Assembly (NCBI GenBank): GCA_028023455.1
Contig: JAQFVV010000006.1
Span: forward strand, 620,001-684,000
Direction: 5' to 3'
Source: Epiperipatus broadwayi
Taxonomy: Eukaryota; Animalia; Onychophora
Length of the DNA: 64,000 bases
A model generated the notes under the pieces. The model had not been told where the DNA came from and ran no database searches. It saw only the letters and a list, made by a program, of their open reading frames with translations. Shown in pieces: positions 35,977 to 49,600 of this stretch. Made by a program: the position numbers and the translations under genes. The stretch's first letter is position 1, and each line of letters begins with the position of its first letter.

Positions 35977-37139
35977 CTAAAATTAAAAAAAATTAAATAA
36001 AATTACTCAAACAAAATAGCGTAATTTATATTAAATGTTACTTTATAAATTAAAAGCTTTAAAAAAAACATTGGATCGGTCCTTGTCCATTCATTAAAAA
36101 AATATTTATGTTCTTAATTACACCACAAAACAAAATAAATTCCACTCCAGTCCCTCATTTGTCAATAGTAATTTTATCTTCAAATTTAAAATTATACATT
36201 TCAAGGATATATTTCCTTAGCAAAATAAATAACTCATTATTCATCTTCTGTTATTTGTAAATTATATTTGCATTTTTATTTTTATGTAAATATTTTTCAT
36301 CTTTTATTTTATATGACAAATGTTTTATGTAATATAATCCCCTCTGAAATCAAAAATGTATTTCATTTAGATAAACTTTTATTCCTATTATGAATTTTAT
36401 TTGAATTATTACAATTAAAAACTTTGATTTCTCGATATCAAATATATTTCACATACATGCTGTAATTATAGCACTTGAAAACTGCACAAAAATATTTAAT
36501 ATAATACTATTGTATTCCTAAATGACAACAACTATCTACATTTCATTTGCAATTTTGTTTTGTATTTATCATTTTTAACTTTGTTTAATTAAGTCGTGAG
36601 CTGTGGTTCTTTGTTTTATAAAGTATAAAGATTATTGAAGATAAAAGGAAATTTCAAAATGCATGCACTGCAATTTAAATAAAAGTACAGCAATAGAGAA
36701 TTGTTTGATCTGATTATGTCGTAGTAACAATATATAACATTTTTAACAACTACGGATCAGTCGACAGATGGAGCAGTTTTTCTTCTGGAAATTAGCAATC
36801 ATCAGCTTCAACTTATGATAACATGAAAACTGAACACAAAAAAAGCACACCTTGCTTCAGCTTTCATTTTCCTTTCAGACGATATAATTTTCATTTCTCT
36901 ATGAGAAGCAGGCTGGCCATGTGTTTGAACCCTGCAACCCCAAGATAGTATGTTCCGAAGCCAATGATTGCAAAAAAAAAAATCAAGGAGGCATATTTTA
37001 TTGTCAGTGATAACAATACCATAAATAGACGCAATACATGTTTTTCTATTTAGAGAAAATGGACAAATTAATTTGCATTCGCATATTTTATTATTTTATA
37101 ACATTACAGCAATGTTTATAACTTATTTTGGCCATGAAT

Positions 37140-37650
37140 ATGAGGGAAAACTTCGAAGTACTAGGCCTAAATTTATTTGATTTTTTTGGTTGATACTTAT
37201 AGCTTCTTCTTCAGCAGGTAAATCGCTTTTATATGCTATTTCTCTATGATAAAAAGTAATGTTTTTATGATTTTTCAAAATACCATTATTATTATTTTTT
37301 ATTCGTATGGACTACTATTTACCGAAAAATTTACAATAGAGAATAATGGATTATTCAAGTAATTCAAGCATTGACAGTGATTTTTCCATGTGGGACAGAG
37401 ATTAAGCTTTCATATAATTTTCTCCTGGTGATTCCTTAAAAGTAATAGTAGATATAGTGTCTAAAAAAAATTAACAAACCATCTTGCTTCATATATGCAG
37501 CAACTGTTTTCACCACATGAAGATCTTTTTTCTAGCAGATTGGAATGACTTTATTGTTGAATATTATTACCAAGGTTTTCAATCACTCATAAATAATTAT
37601 ATTACAAAAACATAGGTGAAAAATCTATTGAGCCACACCATCCGATGGTG
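37140..37650 (+). mobile_element. Possible mariner relic
   Basis: TIR-like atgagggaaaacttcgaagtactaggcct at 37140 and faint C-terminal-like YYQGFQSL.. translation near 37565-37620. Confidence 0.3.
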
Positions 37651-37999
37651 CTATTGCTAGTGAAAAACGAATAGATATAATGTTACCGGCTGTTTTTCAA
37701 ATTTTCTTGATTTATAGTTTTAATTTTTGGATTGAATTTTTTTACTTTTTTTTTTGTTTGTTATTGTTTTTTTTTTTGTAACCGGTTTGATGTATATATT
37801 TTTCTTAAAAATCAAAAAATGTTTTTTTTTTTTTTGGCTTTTAAAAATATTCCTTTTTTTTTTTAAAAAACAAAAAAAACATTATTTCTTTTTGTCCGGT
37901 CTCTTTTTTTTTTTCTTTTTTTTTTTAAAGAAACAACTTTTTTTTGGTTTTTTTTATAACCAAGTCCTTTTTGATTGTTTTTGAAGAAACTGTTTTTGG

Positions 38000-38520
38000 T
38001 TTGTTTTGTTTATCGAGAAACAAAGCTTTCTCGACAGACCTCTCCAAGATCTGTGGTCATATTCCTTATGGCGGCGTTTTGACACCTTTCCAAGTCAGCA
38101 GTAATACGCTTCACTGTAAGCTGATCCAGTCTTCAAGAATCAATTGGCCATACTGCTTGGGGAAAAGCGATTCCCAGGCAGCCTTCAAAACCCGGCCCAT
38201 GAGCAAATGGAACCCCTTCGTCGCCATTGACGTGATGGACCTTCCATTCCAGATGTTTGACAACACTTTAATTTCATTAAACCACCACAAAAGACAGTTT
38301 TTTTTTTTTTCTGGCTGTGTCAAATATTTTCTTTTTTGGGGGGGTTGAATGAAAGCCAGCGCATTTTGCCTTCTGTAGCAGGTCAATATCAAAACTACAA
38401 CGCCGAACAGTCATCGGCCATTGAACTGTTGTTTTGATCTCGGAAAGTGCGCGACTTGATCGTGAATTTTGCCGAATCATGATTTACACTCCTCATTTCG
38501 TCAATTCTGACCCCTGACAA
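38000..38520 (-). mobile_element. Tc1/Tc3-like transposase relic
   Basis: Locally raised GC. On -: SRALSEIKTTVQWPMTVRR (HTH-like TVRR), QPPQKRKYLT (KKP.LT-like), GDEGVPFAHGPGF (SDE..F.L.GPDG-like), with frameshifts. Confidence 0.5.
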
Positions 38521-39789
38521 TGAAAAGAGGGGCGCTTGACAATTTGTTACAATTTTTACCAACTCAAATCAATTACAATACATTGAAGCAAAAAAAAAAA
38601 ATCCGTTCAATAGACTTTTCGTTATTACAAGTACAGAAACCATATATGCTGTACAATAGTCAAAAGTAATGTCTAGAGAGTGTCGTATACTTGTCGCTAA
38701 TAATGTTCAACATGCTAGAGATGTTGGTGTAAGGGTGCACTTCAACATCTTAATGTTTGAACAGTTTACAGGCCGTAAGATCTATGAGCGGCCTTGTAAA
38801 CAGCATATTTGCTTTAGCGTAGCAACAGCGCCATCGAACAGTGTGGCTCAATAGATGCTGTATTACCGAAAAGTTCTGAGCTGAAAAATTTATACTGTGA
38901 ATTAGCATTATTTCGTTAAGATAATAGATAACTTATGTATATAAAGATAGACAATATCTAGATTTTGAACGAAAACGAAGTCATCTTTGTTTTTTTCAGA
39001 AGTTATAAGTCTCTTCATATGCTAGAAAAAACAACTAACCAAATATTAAAAGTAAATATTATGATAAAATTTAGGCCAATTATATATATATGGAACCTCA
39101 TATATATTGTAGGAGTATATATACACTCATACATACATGTAATCAATATGTATACATTATATTTGCATTATTATTATATTTATGAAAATAAATATATAAC
39201 TTGTTAAGTTAATATTTTTTATTCTTTAAAATGAAAAAAAGACGTTGTTGACAAAAGGTGGTTGACAAGATAATAAATGACCTCTGGGTTCACAGTTTAT
39301 CGAATTAAAGGAAATGAAATTAACTTAGTGTTTAATATCAAATTGTTATTGCAACAATGTGAATGCGTATGCTTCAGCGAGCTGATGGAGCGAGATATAA
39401 TATACTAATTCTATTCTTTTTGTTAAAAGACAAAGGATTCTATTTTTATCAGCTATATCCTCATAAAAACTTCTACTATGTTTGATTTCAAAGAACAGTG
39501 TAAGTTGAAGTTTATATTTTGAACAATTTAATACTCATTAGAAGAAATTTCTTATATTTGTTCAAAGAGTAATCTAAATATATTTTCGTGTTCTATAAAA
39601 ATTGTTTCAATTACATGTTTTAAAATCTGAACGGCATTTTAAAAAAAGAACACGTTTATAAAAACTTCATTCAAATTTAACGTACTTTACATTATAAAGA
39701 AAATGCAAAGCGGGTAGAACACAAATTTATCATGGGATAGATAAAATGTACTTGCCTAATCAAATATATGTGTGAATAACATCGTTGCT

Positions 39790-39937
39790 GAATTATGAAT
39801 GCCTTAAAATTATAAAGAAATTAGATCTTCAAAATGGAATTGTGAATGCCTTAAAATTATAAAGAAATTAGATCTTCAAAATGGAATTATGAATGCCTTA
39901 AAATTATAAAGAAATTAGATCTTCAAAATGGAATTAT
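39790..39937. repeat. Near-perfect 47-bp tandem repeat x3
   Basis: GAATTATGAATGCCTTAAAATTATAAAGAAATTAGATCTTCAAAATG at 39790, 39837 (one A>G) and 39884. Confidence 0.95.
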
Positions 39938-41656
39938 AATTGTTAATAAAGGAACTGTGTATTAAGATGAATATAAAGAGGAAACTAAATGTCAACTTAG
40001 GATATCCTAATATTATTCTCTTTAATGTTTAACAACGAAGGAATCAAAAAACTGCGTCTTTGAAGGATTTTCATTCGTGAGGAACATTAACTTTTGTAAA
40101 TACCATTTAAGACTTTTGAAAATTATAATTGGAAAAAGTTAATTTCATTTTCTTTATCATCGTATTCATTTTATTATAAAAATGAATAATAAGAGAGAAT
40201 TAATAATTTACAATATTTTTATTTATGATTATCGGTGAATAAATGTTAATTTGGGAAAGGGATAATGTGAACTTAGAGGTAAGAGATTAAATTATTTTTA
40301 AATCCACATATTATTATTTTCAATGACATGACACTACATTGTTTACACTAATCTAAAAAGTTTAATAACAATAATGTATGATAAATGAATAAATGATTAA
40401 CATTGTTGTGAAGTATATACTTTTATATTAATAAATTACAGACAATCATTTTAACGAATGAAGGTATTATATACAAATGATGGGATTATTATTTGTATAA
40501 CCCAATTATTGTAAAATAGTGTTAATATAAATGTCTAAATATTAGGATACTTATATTTTATATACATTGTAAAATCACGTAGTGTTATAGGTTTAGAAAA
40601 TATATCTACCATAAGCAAAGAGAATATTTATATTTTTAATATAAGGAGGTAGATATATATATATTTTATATATTGTAAAATTTAAATTATTTAATTGTTA
40701 AATAAATAATTATGTTTTTTATATTAAATGAAGTCTTCAATTTTGTTTTATTTGATTTAAAGAGTTAGTGAGATTCATTGTTAGTATTACTTTAAAATAT
40801 TGATAGGAACCCCTGAAGAGAGTAAATTGTTAAACTTCCCTGAGTTCGAAATCTGAGCATAACGGTGAAGTTAATTAAGGTGAAAATTGATTTGATGTGG
40901 TTTAGATATAATAATTTTTTTAATAATAAATTAGTTATTGGAAATAAATATAGTCATATCAAAATTAAATCACATCATTCATGGCATCCTATATGAAGAC
41001 CTTAAATCTGACTATAGTGAGATGCGACTGCCTTAACTTATCTTGTTGAGGAGGCATACCGTTATAATATATATACATGACAAATATGGTGTAAACTTTA
41101 GAACTGTATATCAGATGGACAGAGTGATGATAGTTGATAAACCATTAAGAAACTCACCAATTAGAGTAATACAAAATAATATGATCGCTCAAAAACTGAG
41201 ATTTCAAATGATTTCTATATGCAAATAACCATTATGAATTAGGGTTCAAATTATGGGTCTATATAGATATCATATGGAGTTTTCTATATGTAAAATACTT
41301 CTGATATCTGGTTACTCAATCTGTGCTCTTAATAGTTTCATAATATTCAAAAAATAAGTGCTATGTTATCTGCCTAAAAAAGACTTGAGTTATTTTGAAT
41401 ATGGAGTGATGATTGACACGTGTTCTAAGACTGCTTTATTGCTTATTAACTGAAACTGAAAGAAGTAATGCATCTCTTTAAACTCGTGTAGTTTTATTCA
41501 GGAGTATTGACAACATGTAAGTTCCTGACACATCTTCCTGTGTTGATGTTTTGGCTTTGTGATTAGACAAAGTCATGACTAGTCTTAATGGGTAAGTTAC
41601 ATCAACATTTAAGAATCGATTTTATATTTTAAATGGATTCTACCTTACAATAAAAT

Positions 41657-42274
41657 ATTAAAACAGGCTAAACTCTCTATACAGTAGTGCCACCTAGTGC
41701 AAGAATTATCATTGGATGCCAGAAGGCTTGTGCATAAAATCCCTATCTAGTGCCTACTAATCCAATATCCCCAGACTAGATTCTAGCTTGTGGCTTTTGT
41801 CAGTGAGGAGCCTTGGATCTGAGAGCACTGCACCTAGATCTTAGGATCTAATCGAACCCTCTAGCAGTCACCTTTTATCTCTACTTAACTACAAAACTTT
41901 GAGAATAAAATTGAAAACAATATTTTCAATCCAATACATTTTGGTGTCTTTGGTTCTTTAATAACCATAACCACCACTATCCTATTATGCAGGCTTGATA
42001 TTAAACCACTAAACATAACATGATCACAATTTCTTATGCTTGCTCATAACTTATTAAAACAAGCAAAACTCTCCTTACAGAAGTGCCACTAGTCTGGAAA
42101 TATTGGATAAGTAGGCACTAGATAGGGATTTTATGCACAAGCCTCCTGGCATCCATTGATTACTCTGGCCTGCATTGAGTGGCACTACTGTATGAAGAGT
42201 TTTGCCTGTTTTAATAACAGTTTATGAGCAAGCATAAGAAATGGTGATCATATGATGTTTAGTGGTTTAAAATC
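41657..42274. repeat. Nested inverted repeats (foldback)
   Basis: Arm A 41657-41779 is inverted to 42089-42215; arm B 41997-42090 is inverted to 42178-42274. Confidence 0.9.
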
Positions 42275-45200
42275 TTTTATTACTAGGTGAAAAGTAAGAT
42301 AGACAACAAAAATAGTAATTATTACTATTATTCTATGTTGCACTAAATCTAAACATTATCCTTTTTTTTTTTTACTACATATGTATTATATATGAGCCAT
42401 TTACAATCTAAACACTAATTCAGACTTATTACTTTTTCTTCACTGATTATACAGACATCTGTAAGGTAGGAATAGCTAAGGCTAAGAAAAATAAAAGATA
42501 TCAATGTCTATTTTTTTTATATTTTGGAACAATGAATTATCTTAGGTAAGTCATATTATATATCATTTTATTGCAAATTTTGTGAGGAATGTAATGAACC
42601 TGTTAATAAAAATACAACATTAACTATTAATATGTTAAAATATACACTTGACTTTTGCATAATGCAAATTGAAGTTACCATAAAAAGTAGGCATTAAACC
42701 AAAGTTTTCAAAAATCCAGTATAGCTGCCGAAAAGTAGACAAAGTTAAATCAATAAATTTTGTTTTAAGAGCATGTACATTATTTTTTAAGTTTTTCAAT
42801 GGAAACAATAATGCAAAAGAGAGTAGTTATTAGCTACTAAATGAATAAACAAATCACTGTTATCACCTCTAGTACTGTGATGCACTTTTACTTGTTAGAT
42901 CAATCAGTCCTAGTCCCCTAAAAATTCCAGCAGCTTTTTAATCGTAATAAAACTATTATTGCTTTTATACATTTTATTTTATAACATTTCCATGCAGTGA
43001 TAACTTTAAGCATGAATTATCAAAATTTTGTAATATATATTGGTTAGAATACACATTTTATAACTGAATTCCATATTAGTTACCCTATTTTTAGTTTCAA
43101 GTCTCTTTCTTGTTTTGGCAAAAACAAAAATTATTCCACAAAAATATCTAATCTTTTCTCCATAATACTCCTAATTTCATGAAGCTCTACAATATTTGCT
43201 CTCTATTTTCAATAAGTTATCTAATTAAATAGCTAGAATATTGTTTATTTCAAACCTCAAGGATTTAAAAAAATTAAAACATTTTTAGATCAGCTTAAAA
43301 AACATAAAAGAAAGCAATTTCTGTACTGTACAACTTATTAAAAAAATTGATTAACAAAAAAAAAAGTGACCAACACCTATTTATATTCTATGTGAATACA
43401 TGTAAAATATATATTGATTCTCAACTTTGCACATGTAAGACCTAAAAAATTTGCCATTCTATGCTAAAAATTTGTTCTATAACAAATGACATTTGTCCAA
43501 CTATCATACAGATTTGTCATGTCTCTATAAATGGCTAGAATGTTTTCATCATCATAGGTCCACTATAAATGGCTAGGGTATTTTTAATTTCTAGAGAAAT
43601 TCTAATCAAAAAATAAAATTTTCATAAACTTTTAGTTCTAACTGTAATAGCCAGATGTCAGTAGCTATTGGGAATAAAAAAAATAAAGACCTAGTTATAA
43701 TGAGCAGAAATGAAAGAAAAAATAAATGTATAAAATTTATTTATCATTATATTATTTTTTTCATATATATAACTTTATTTATCTTTTTACTACTTTTATG
43801 TTACATAACTTATTTAAAGTTTCACTGTTAATCATGTAGTTTAAGAGCAAATAAGTCATGTAAAATTTTATTGATGTCAGATATTGAAAAAATAAAAATA
43901 TGTATCAAGAATTAACCAAGCCATTATTTAAATATTTCATTGATTTTTTTTTTTTCTAAGTTCAGTTTTAATTTTATAGTTTTACATATCTGAAATTATG
44001 CTTTAGTTTAAGTTTTGCAATAATCATTGTTTATTCATTCCCAAACAATTATTAAAATGTTACAGGTTAAAACAAAAACTTTTGTTATTAACAATTTTTT
44101 ACTTTTGTTTATTAGTAGTTTTTATTTATTTCTGAAGTTAATATTTTATTTTTTCAGTTTAATGAATTCATCTCTAAAATGAAAAATGTAAAAACCTGAG
44201 ATTTGAAAATAGAATAACTTTTTATTAGTTTCACAAATACAACCAAAGAAAAATCTGAAAATAAAATATAGTGCATCTCTATCCGACCTAATATGACTTG
44301 TAGATATTCAAAAAGTAGTTTCTACATATTCAAAAAATAGTTTTTATTGTATATTTATATGAAAAAATTGAATTAATATACTGGGTGAATTATATATATT
44401 TATAACCAGCAGTGTATATAATACATAATAACAAGAAATTGGCAATTATACAATAAAAGTTTCTCATTAAAGTAAATGGTGACAAAGAAATCTAATATTC
44501 AAATATTTTAATATCAGTTATCACGAAGTAGCAAAAGCACATGGTCAAAGAATAGTTTCCAGAACACTCTCTCTTATTAAAAAAAGTTTTCATTAAAAAT
44601 CACAGTAGTTAACCACGTATACATTAAGAACGCAAAATATTTATCCTGAAAATACACATAATATTGTAATAATATATATTTATTGATTTCTAATCAAAAA
44701 AAAAACTAAGATAGATAATATAAATTATTTTTATTTCTGAAGAATAAAAATAAAATGAATTACGGTATTACATATTGTACCGGCCATAGACTTCTCATGA
44801 CTTATTCACATAGAAGACTGTAAAATCTCATAGCTTCAAATAATAATACTAATCTATTAAATACACCTTTGGTTATATACACATATGGTTTTAATCAAAG
44901 TTTGTTATTTAAAATATATATATATCCCTTATTTTTAAATTTATATAATGAAGATAACTGAACTAATATTAAAATTACTTATATTTCCCAGCTATCTCAT
45001 GCATACAAACATTTGTATGGAAACCAATTTATCTTTGGTTTAGAGTCAAGGCATATTTATAAGCATTGATTTTCTTACCAGCCTTAAGCACCAATTCTTA
45101 ACTAAATAAATAATTATGGAATGAGTGAGCACATATATATATATATAATTTGTGGTATAGCAATACCCTATATTAGATCATCATTATCTTCTAACTCTCA

Positions 45201-45699
45201 GGTTAAGTGGTATTAATAAACAATTGGAAATACAGACACAGAATATTATTTCTTTTTTTCAACATTCATTTATAATATTTAATTATGTTATGGAAAGGAT
45301 TGACCGCCAACTATGTATTTTCTTAATTTTAATCAGTTTATTTCAAAACATTTTTTCTTTCTAAAATGTCATTTCAATAAACAAACAATAACAAATCTGA
45401 CAAAAGTACAATTTCCCCCAAATATATATTTTACATCTTCACCCAAAAAAACCTGAATAAAAAATAATATATATACAATCTACACAATAAATTCACTTTT
45501 ACTATTATTCGGCTAAACATTAAATATAATCTATACCTACAGTTAATTCAAAAACTCCTCCATTTACCCTTCATACATATATATCTGCGTCTTTTGGAGC
45601 AGCGTACACTTTTTACATTTATGAAATTAATAATAACAAATAACACAAATTGAAATACAGCAAAAAAAAAGATACATTTTCACCTTATTCCTAGGGATT

Positions 45700-46200
45700 A
45701 TAATCACAAAATTGGGTAAGTTTACCCACATGGATCAACTTTATTTTTGACCATCTCATTTACCTATAGAATATTCAAATATTTTCTTGATTAATATTAA
45801 TCTTTTCTTCTGTGGATTCCAAAATGGTCTTCGGTAATAAGCAATCCATACGTTTACATTGTTGTGGTAATATAGGCATCAGACATATGGCAGATGACAA
45901 CAGAAAGAACAAAAGCACCAGATTAAGCATCTGGTATACACCACTAATTTCTATACTTCATCAGTTACTATTTGATATTTGAACATGTATGTAGCATCCC
46001 ATGAGATATATATATTTGCCGGATACAGAACACATTTCCAACAATTATTTCTTTTTTTTTTTTTTAGAAATCCCGGTTCACTCTCTCTTTATACATTTTT
46101 CTTTAAGCATTCATTTATATATTTCCTTTTTTTTTTTTCATCTTGCCCAAAACAACTTCCTTGAATATCTCCATAAACATTCTTTTCTTTTTTCTTCTCT
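45700..46200 (-). mobile_element. Decayed LINE RT fragment
   Basis: On -, in order: NRDF...GNVFCIRQ (GFR..D.IF.IRQ-like), SGVYQ..LVLLF (GVRQG..LF-like), GLLITED (LLFADD-like), RKYLNIL (KYLG-like). Confidence 0.5.
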
Positions 46201-46679
46201 GAAGAAATATTAATAGAACACATATCAGCACAAACACAAAATCTAAGAGTGTTTATTTTAAAAACTGTTCCCTTTTATAATCCCTTTACATTAAAAAAAA
46301 TGCTGGTCAGTATTAACATTTTTATCTTTCTTTTCTATCGTGTACAAAATACCACAAACAAAAAATTTCCATTTTCTTTGTCCTACAATCTTTAAATGGC
46401 ACGTAATTACAAACTTTTTAATAAGGTTCGATAGTCTGATTCAACTACGAACAAAAGAAAATATTAATTAATCTACTATAGGATCTATACATACCTTTCC
46501 CTTTTCTTTCGAAAAACAAAATAAACATTTTTATCATTAGTTACATTCTTACGTAAAAATTACATGTAGTATGTGACTTAATGACATACTTCTCTCTATA
46601 ATTTATAAGGTTTAAAATAAAATAAGATACGAGAAAAAATTACATCTTAAAAAAAAAAAAATCTTAATTTTACAACTCT

Positions 46680-48130
46680 ATAATTGTGCTTTACGCACAT
46701 GTAATGAAGCTATCTGGTGTAGCAATTAATACTTAATTAATAAACTAAGCGCTTTTGGGAAGACTTAATTCCCATAATCATAGCTCGTTAAGAAATGAAA
46801 AATACTTGTAATAAAGACATGCAAATTGACTATTTCGTCCATTTTTTGGAAATGCAGAAGCAAGCTTCTCTTCTGTTTATAGCTGTGGGTCGCTTGTTAT
46901 ATAGTAAGATTCTCTGATCTTCCATTTAGCATCATTTCTTTCGGCGCAGATCATATTGGCAGTTGTTGGTTGGAAGGTGTGGCCAGTAGTTTTTTCGTGC
47001 TCCGCAAATATTGAGTCTCCATCTGTCTTACTGTTAGTTCTGTTATATAGATATCTGTGATGTGACACTCTAGTGGCAATATTAATCTTACTTTCTCCAT
47101 AGTAGGTTGCGTGGCAGTTATTATGGAGGCACGTAATTTTATATATGATCTTGGGTGTTAGTTCAGGAGCAATTGTCTTTTGTGTTGTTGATTAGTCGAT
47201 TGGTGGCTGGTGGTGAATGGAAGCCTATTTCAAAGAATGGAAAGTTTTCTACTAAGCTGCATGACTAATATGGGACTAGGATGTGTGGTTTCTTTTCTTT
47301 AATTTGGTTATATTTTATTTTGTGCTAAAATTGGTTTATCTTCTCTGTTGCTGGTTGCTTGTTTGTGCCCCATACTTTCTAAGTCTACCAGGTAGTGAAT
47401 CAGGTTGTTTCGCCTGTCGGCTTCGTATTTGCAGAGTTTGTAATTCCTAAATAGAAATGCTGACAAGGCTGCAAATTTGTAGGCCTGGGGTGCGTTAGAG
47501 CTGGTAGGCCTATTACTTCGACTGGTTTTACTATCATTTGATGTCCAAACTTCACGTGTTTCTGTGGACCTGAAATCAAGGTATTTGACTTTCCTGTAAT
47601 TGTTTTTCCCATGCGGTGTTGAATGAAAGTTTTGTTATATATTGAGATCTTTGTGAATATTGACTATTGTATTTAATTGGGCTGCCACAAATATATCTAC
47701 ATAACGTGTGTATATCATTTCTGATGTAGAGTTGTGATAGTCGGGCAAGATTTGCTGTTCATAGTGATTGAGAACAATGCTGGATATGATCCCACTCATG
47801 GGCCAGCCATTGTTCATAAAAAACTTGTCTCGAAAGATTGCAAGTATGTTAGTGTCCAGCCATGTCAAAAACTCGATGAATGTGACTCGCATGGGAGGAC
47901 AGTCTCTTGTTTTTAATTCATTGGTGATAATTTCAATCGATTTCTTGCGGACGATTGAGCCGCATAGCTTGGTGATGTCAAGTGATGCAATTTTAAACGT
48001 TGGTTGAAGCACTTTTTTTCCTCCACAAACTTGAAAGAGAATTTAGTCTCCAAACCCAAGACTGTCGATGAGCCACTGGTTGACCAGGAGTACCATGTCG
48101 AAATAGTGTGCTTCTCAGAATCACAATGAA
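46680..48130 (-). mobile_element. Penelope-like retroelement: RT plus GIY-YIG, frameshifted
   Basis: RHGTPGQPV (K.G.P.RPIV-like) near 48100; IASLDITKLCGSI, GWPMSGIISSIVLNHYE, IYTRYVD (47635-48012); IIYKITCLHNNCHATYYGES...SIFAEH...KWKIRESYYI (46877-47150). Confidence 0.88.
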
Positions 48131-48699
48131 ACAAAATGACAAAAATAATTTATAAAATGTGTGTACACACCTTTTGATCTATAGACACGTGTAATTTTAA
48201 ACCATTTTTTATCTTTTTCTGACCAAGGTTTATTTATATTACAGCACTTCAAACCTTGTGAAGGGGTTCAAATCTTAATCCCCATCACTATATATACACA
48301 TAAAAATATTCCATGAGATTTATATGTATCAAATTATCCATCCTTGAAAATATTTTCAGGCATTTTTTTAATATTAAAATTATTATAGTGATAGTTTGAT
48401 TATTTTGAATTTTGAGAAATGACATTCAGCGGCAACTAATGCTTTTTAATTAAAAGATAATCTTAATAATATTCTAAAACAAAAATTTGACGATAAGTAT
48501 TTCTCTTATCCTCTAAAGGTAGGAAGTTTAAGTTTTTTTGAAAGGGCAACTCAAACAATGACAGAAGACTACATAGTGTTGAATATGCTTGAGGTTTAAT
48601 TGATTTATTCCATTCTTGCAAATAGAGGATTTTTGCATATATACACAAAAAACTTTTGTTCAGACCAACTAACTTCTAAAATTGTCGACTAAGACAATA

Positions 48700-49500
48700 A
48701 TATTAGAATTGGTACCAATTGAAATATGAAAATGCTGTGGATAAATTTGGTTATGGTGATAAAAAAGAGAGGATACAGATTTGTAAAATTACAGAAAAAG
48801 AAAAAATGTACGTTATAAATTATTTCTTTGAGGGAAATGCTAAATGAAATGAACATGGAAGAATCTAAATGAAGGTATAGCAGAATTGGAAATTTTGCCT
48901 AACAGAAATACTCACTACACAACTTTAATGTTCTCAATAAATTCAACACAGGTAGTGATTGTGACTATTCAGATTTAAGGTATGCGTTACACGCAAAATT
49001 ATTATTAAGAAAACAGAATTCGTAATTGATATTCCAAATCTTCAGAAACATTCCAATGAATTTAAATCAAAACTTGCAAATCAGTTTAGAATATTAATAG
49101 ATTCTGAAGATGGTTCAGATTTGAATGAAATCAATATACTATTAAGAACTGTAATAAAGAAAGCTGGTATAAAAGCCCAGCAATTTACCAGTAAATTTTC
49201 TACAGAGAAAGGACAAAGTATAATGAATAAAGAAAAGAAGGAATATGAAAATACATAAAAAAATGATCCATGAAGAATTGAATATTTAGACTTTTGTAAA
49301 ATAATATAATAACAATACTAAAAAGTATAGTCGAGAAATAGCAAAAAAAAAAAAAAACCTATAAAAAAAAAAAAAGCAAAGATGAAACTATGACAAAAAA
49401 AAAAAAAAGCGATCGATGTCACAAAAAATGCGGAAGAGTTTGATAAAGAATTATCATAGTAGTAAAAAACAAGAAACATAGTATCCCCTACAATTACTAC
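48700..49500 (+). mobile_element. Decayed RTE-like endonuclease-region fragment
   Basis: NKFNTGSDCDYSDLR (GSDHR-like) near 48935-48980, preceded by an EI..IL-like segment. Many stops. Confidence 0.35.
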
Positions 49501-49542
49501 ATCTAAATTGGCTAACATTTTAAATGACTAAGTGATATATAC

Positions 49543-49600
49543 CAGGGGTGGCCATCTTTTATGTTCATAAGATCTACTTTTTATTTTTAAAATATGTTGT
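49543..49600 (+). mobile_element. hAT-type MITE terminus
   Basis: CAGGGGTGGCCATCTTTTT...GATCTAC resembles hAT/Charlie MITE left ends. Matching right end not found. Confidence 0.4.

Noticed and set aside
40810-40860. CTGAAGAGAG...CGAAATC hammerhead-like string
   Set aside because: No coherent stem II directly joining the two core motifs.
45775-45930. 51-aa minus-strand ORF with a signal-peptide-like N-terminus (MLNLVLLFFLLSSAICL...), suggesting a nested secreted peptide
   Set aside because: It lies within a decayed LINE RT fragment. The hydrophobic run corresponds to the GVRQG..LF motif region and the adjacent frame gives GLLITED (LLFADD-like). No promoter or other exon support.
49099-49130. 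CTGAAGA...GAAA hammerhead-like string
   Set aside because: Stem II is offset and weak, there are no stems I/III, and it sits inside a LINE coding relic.
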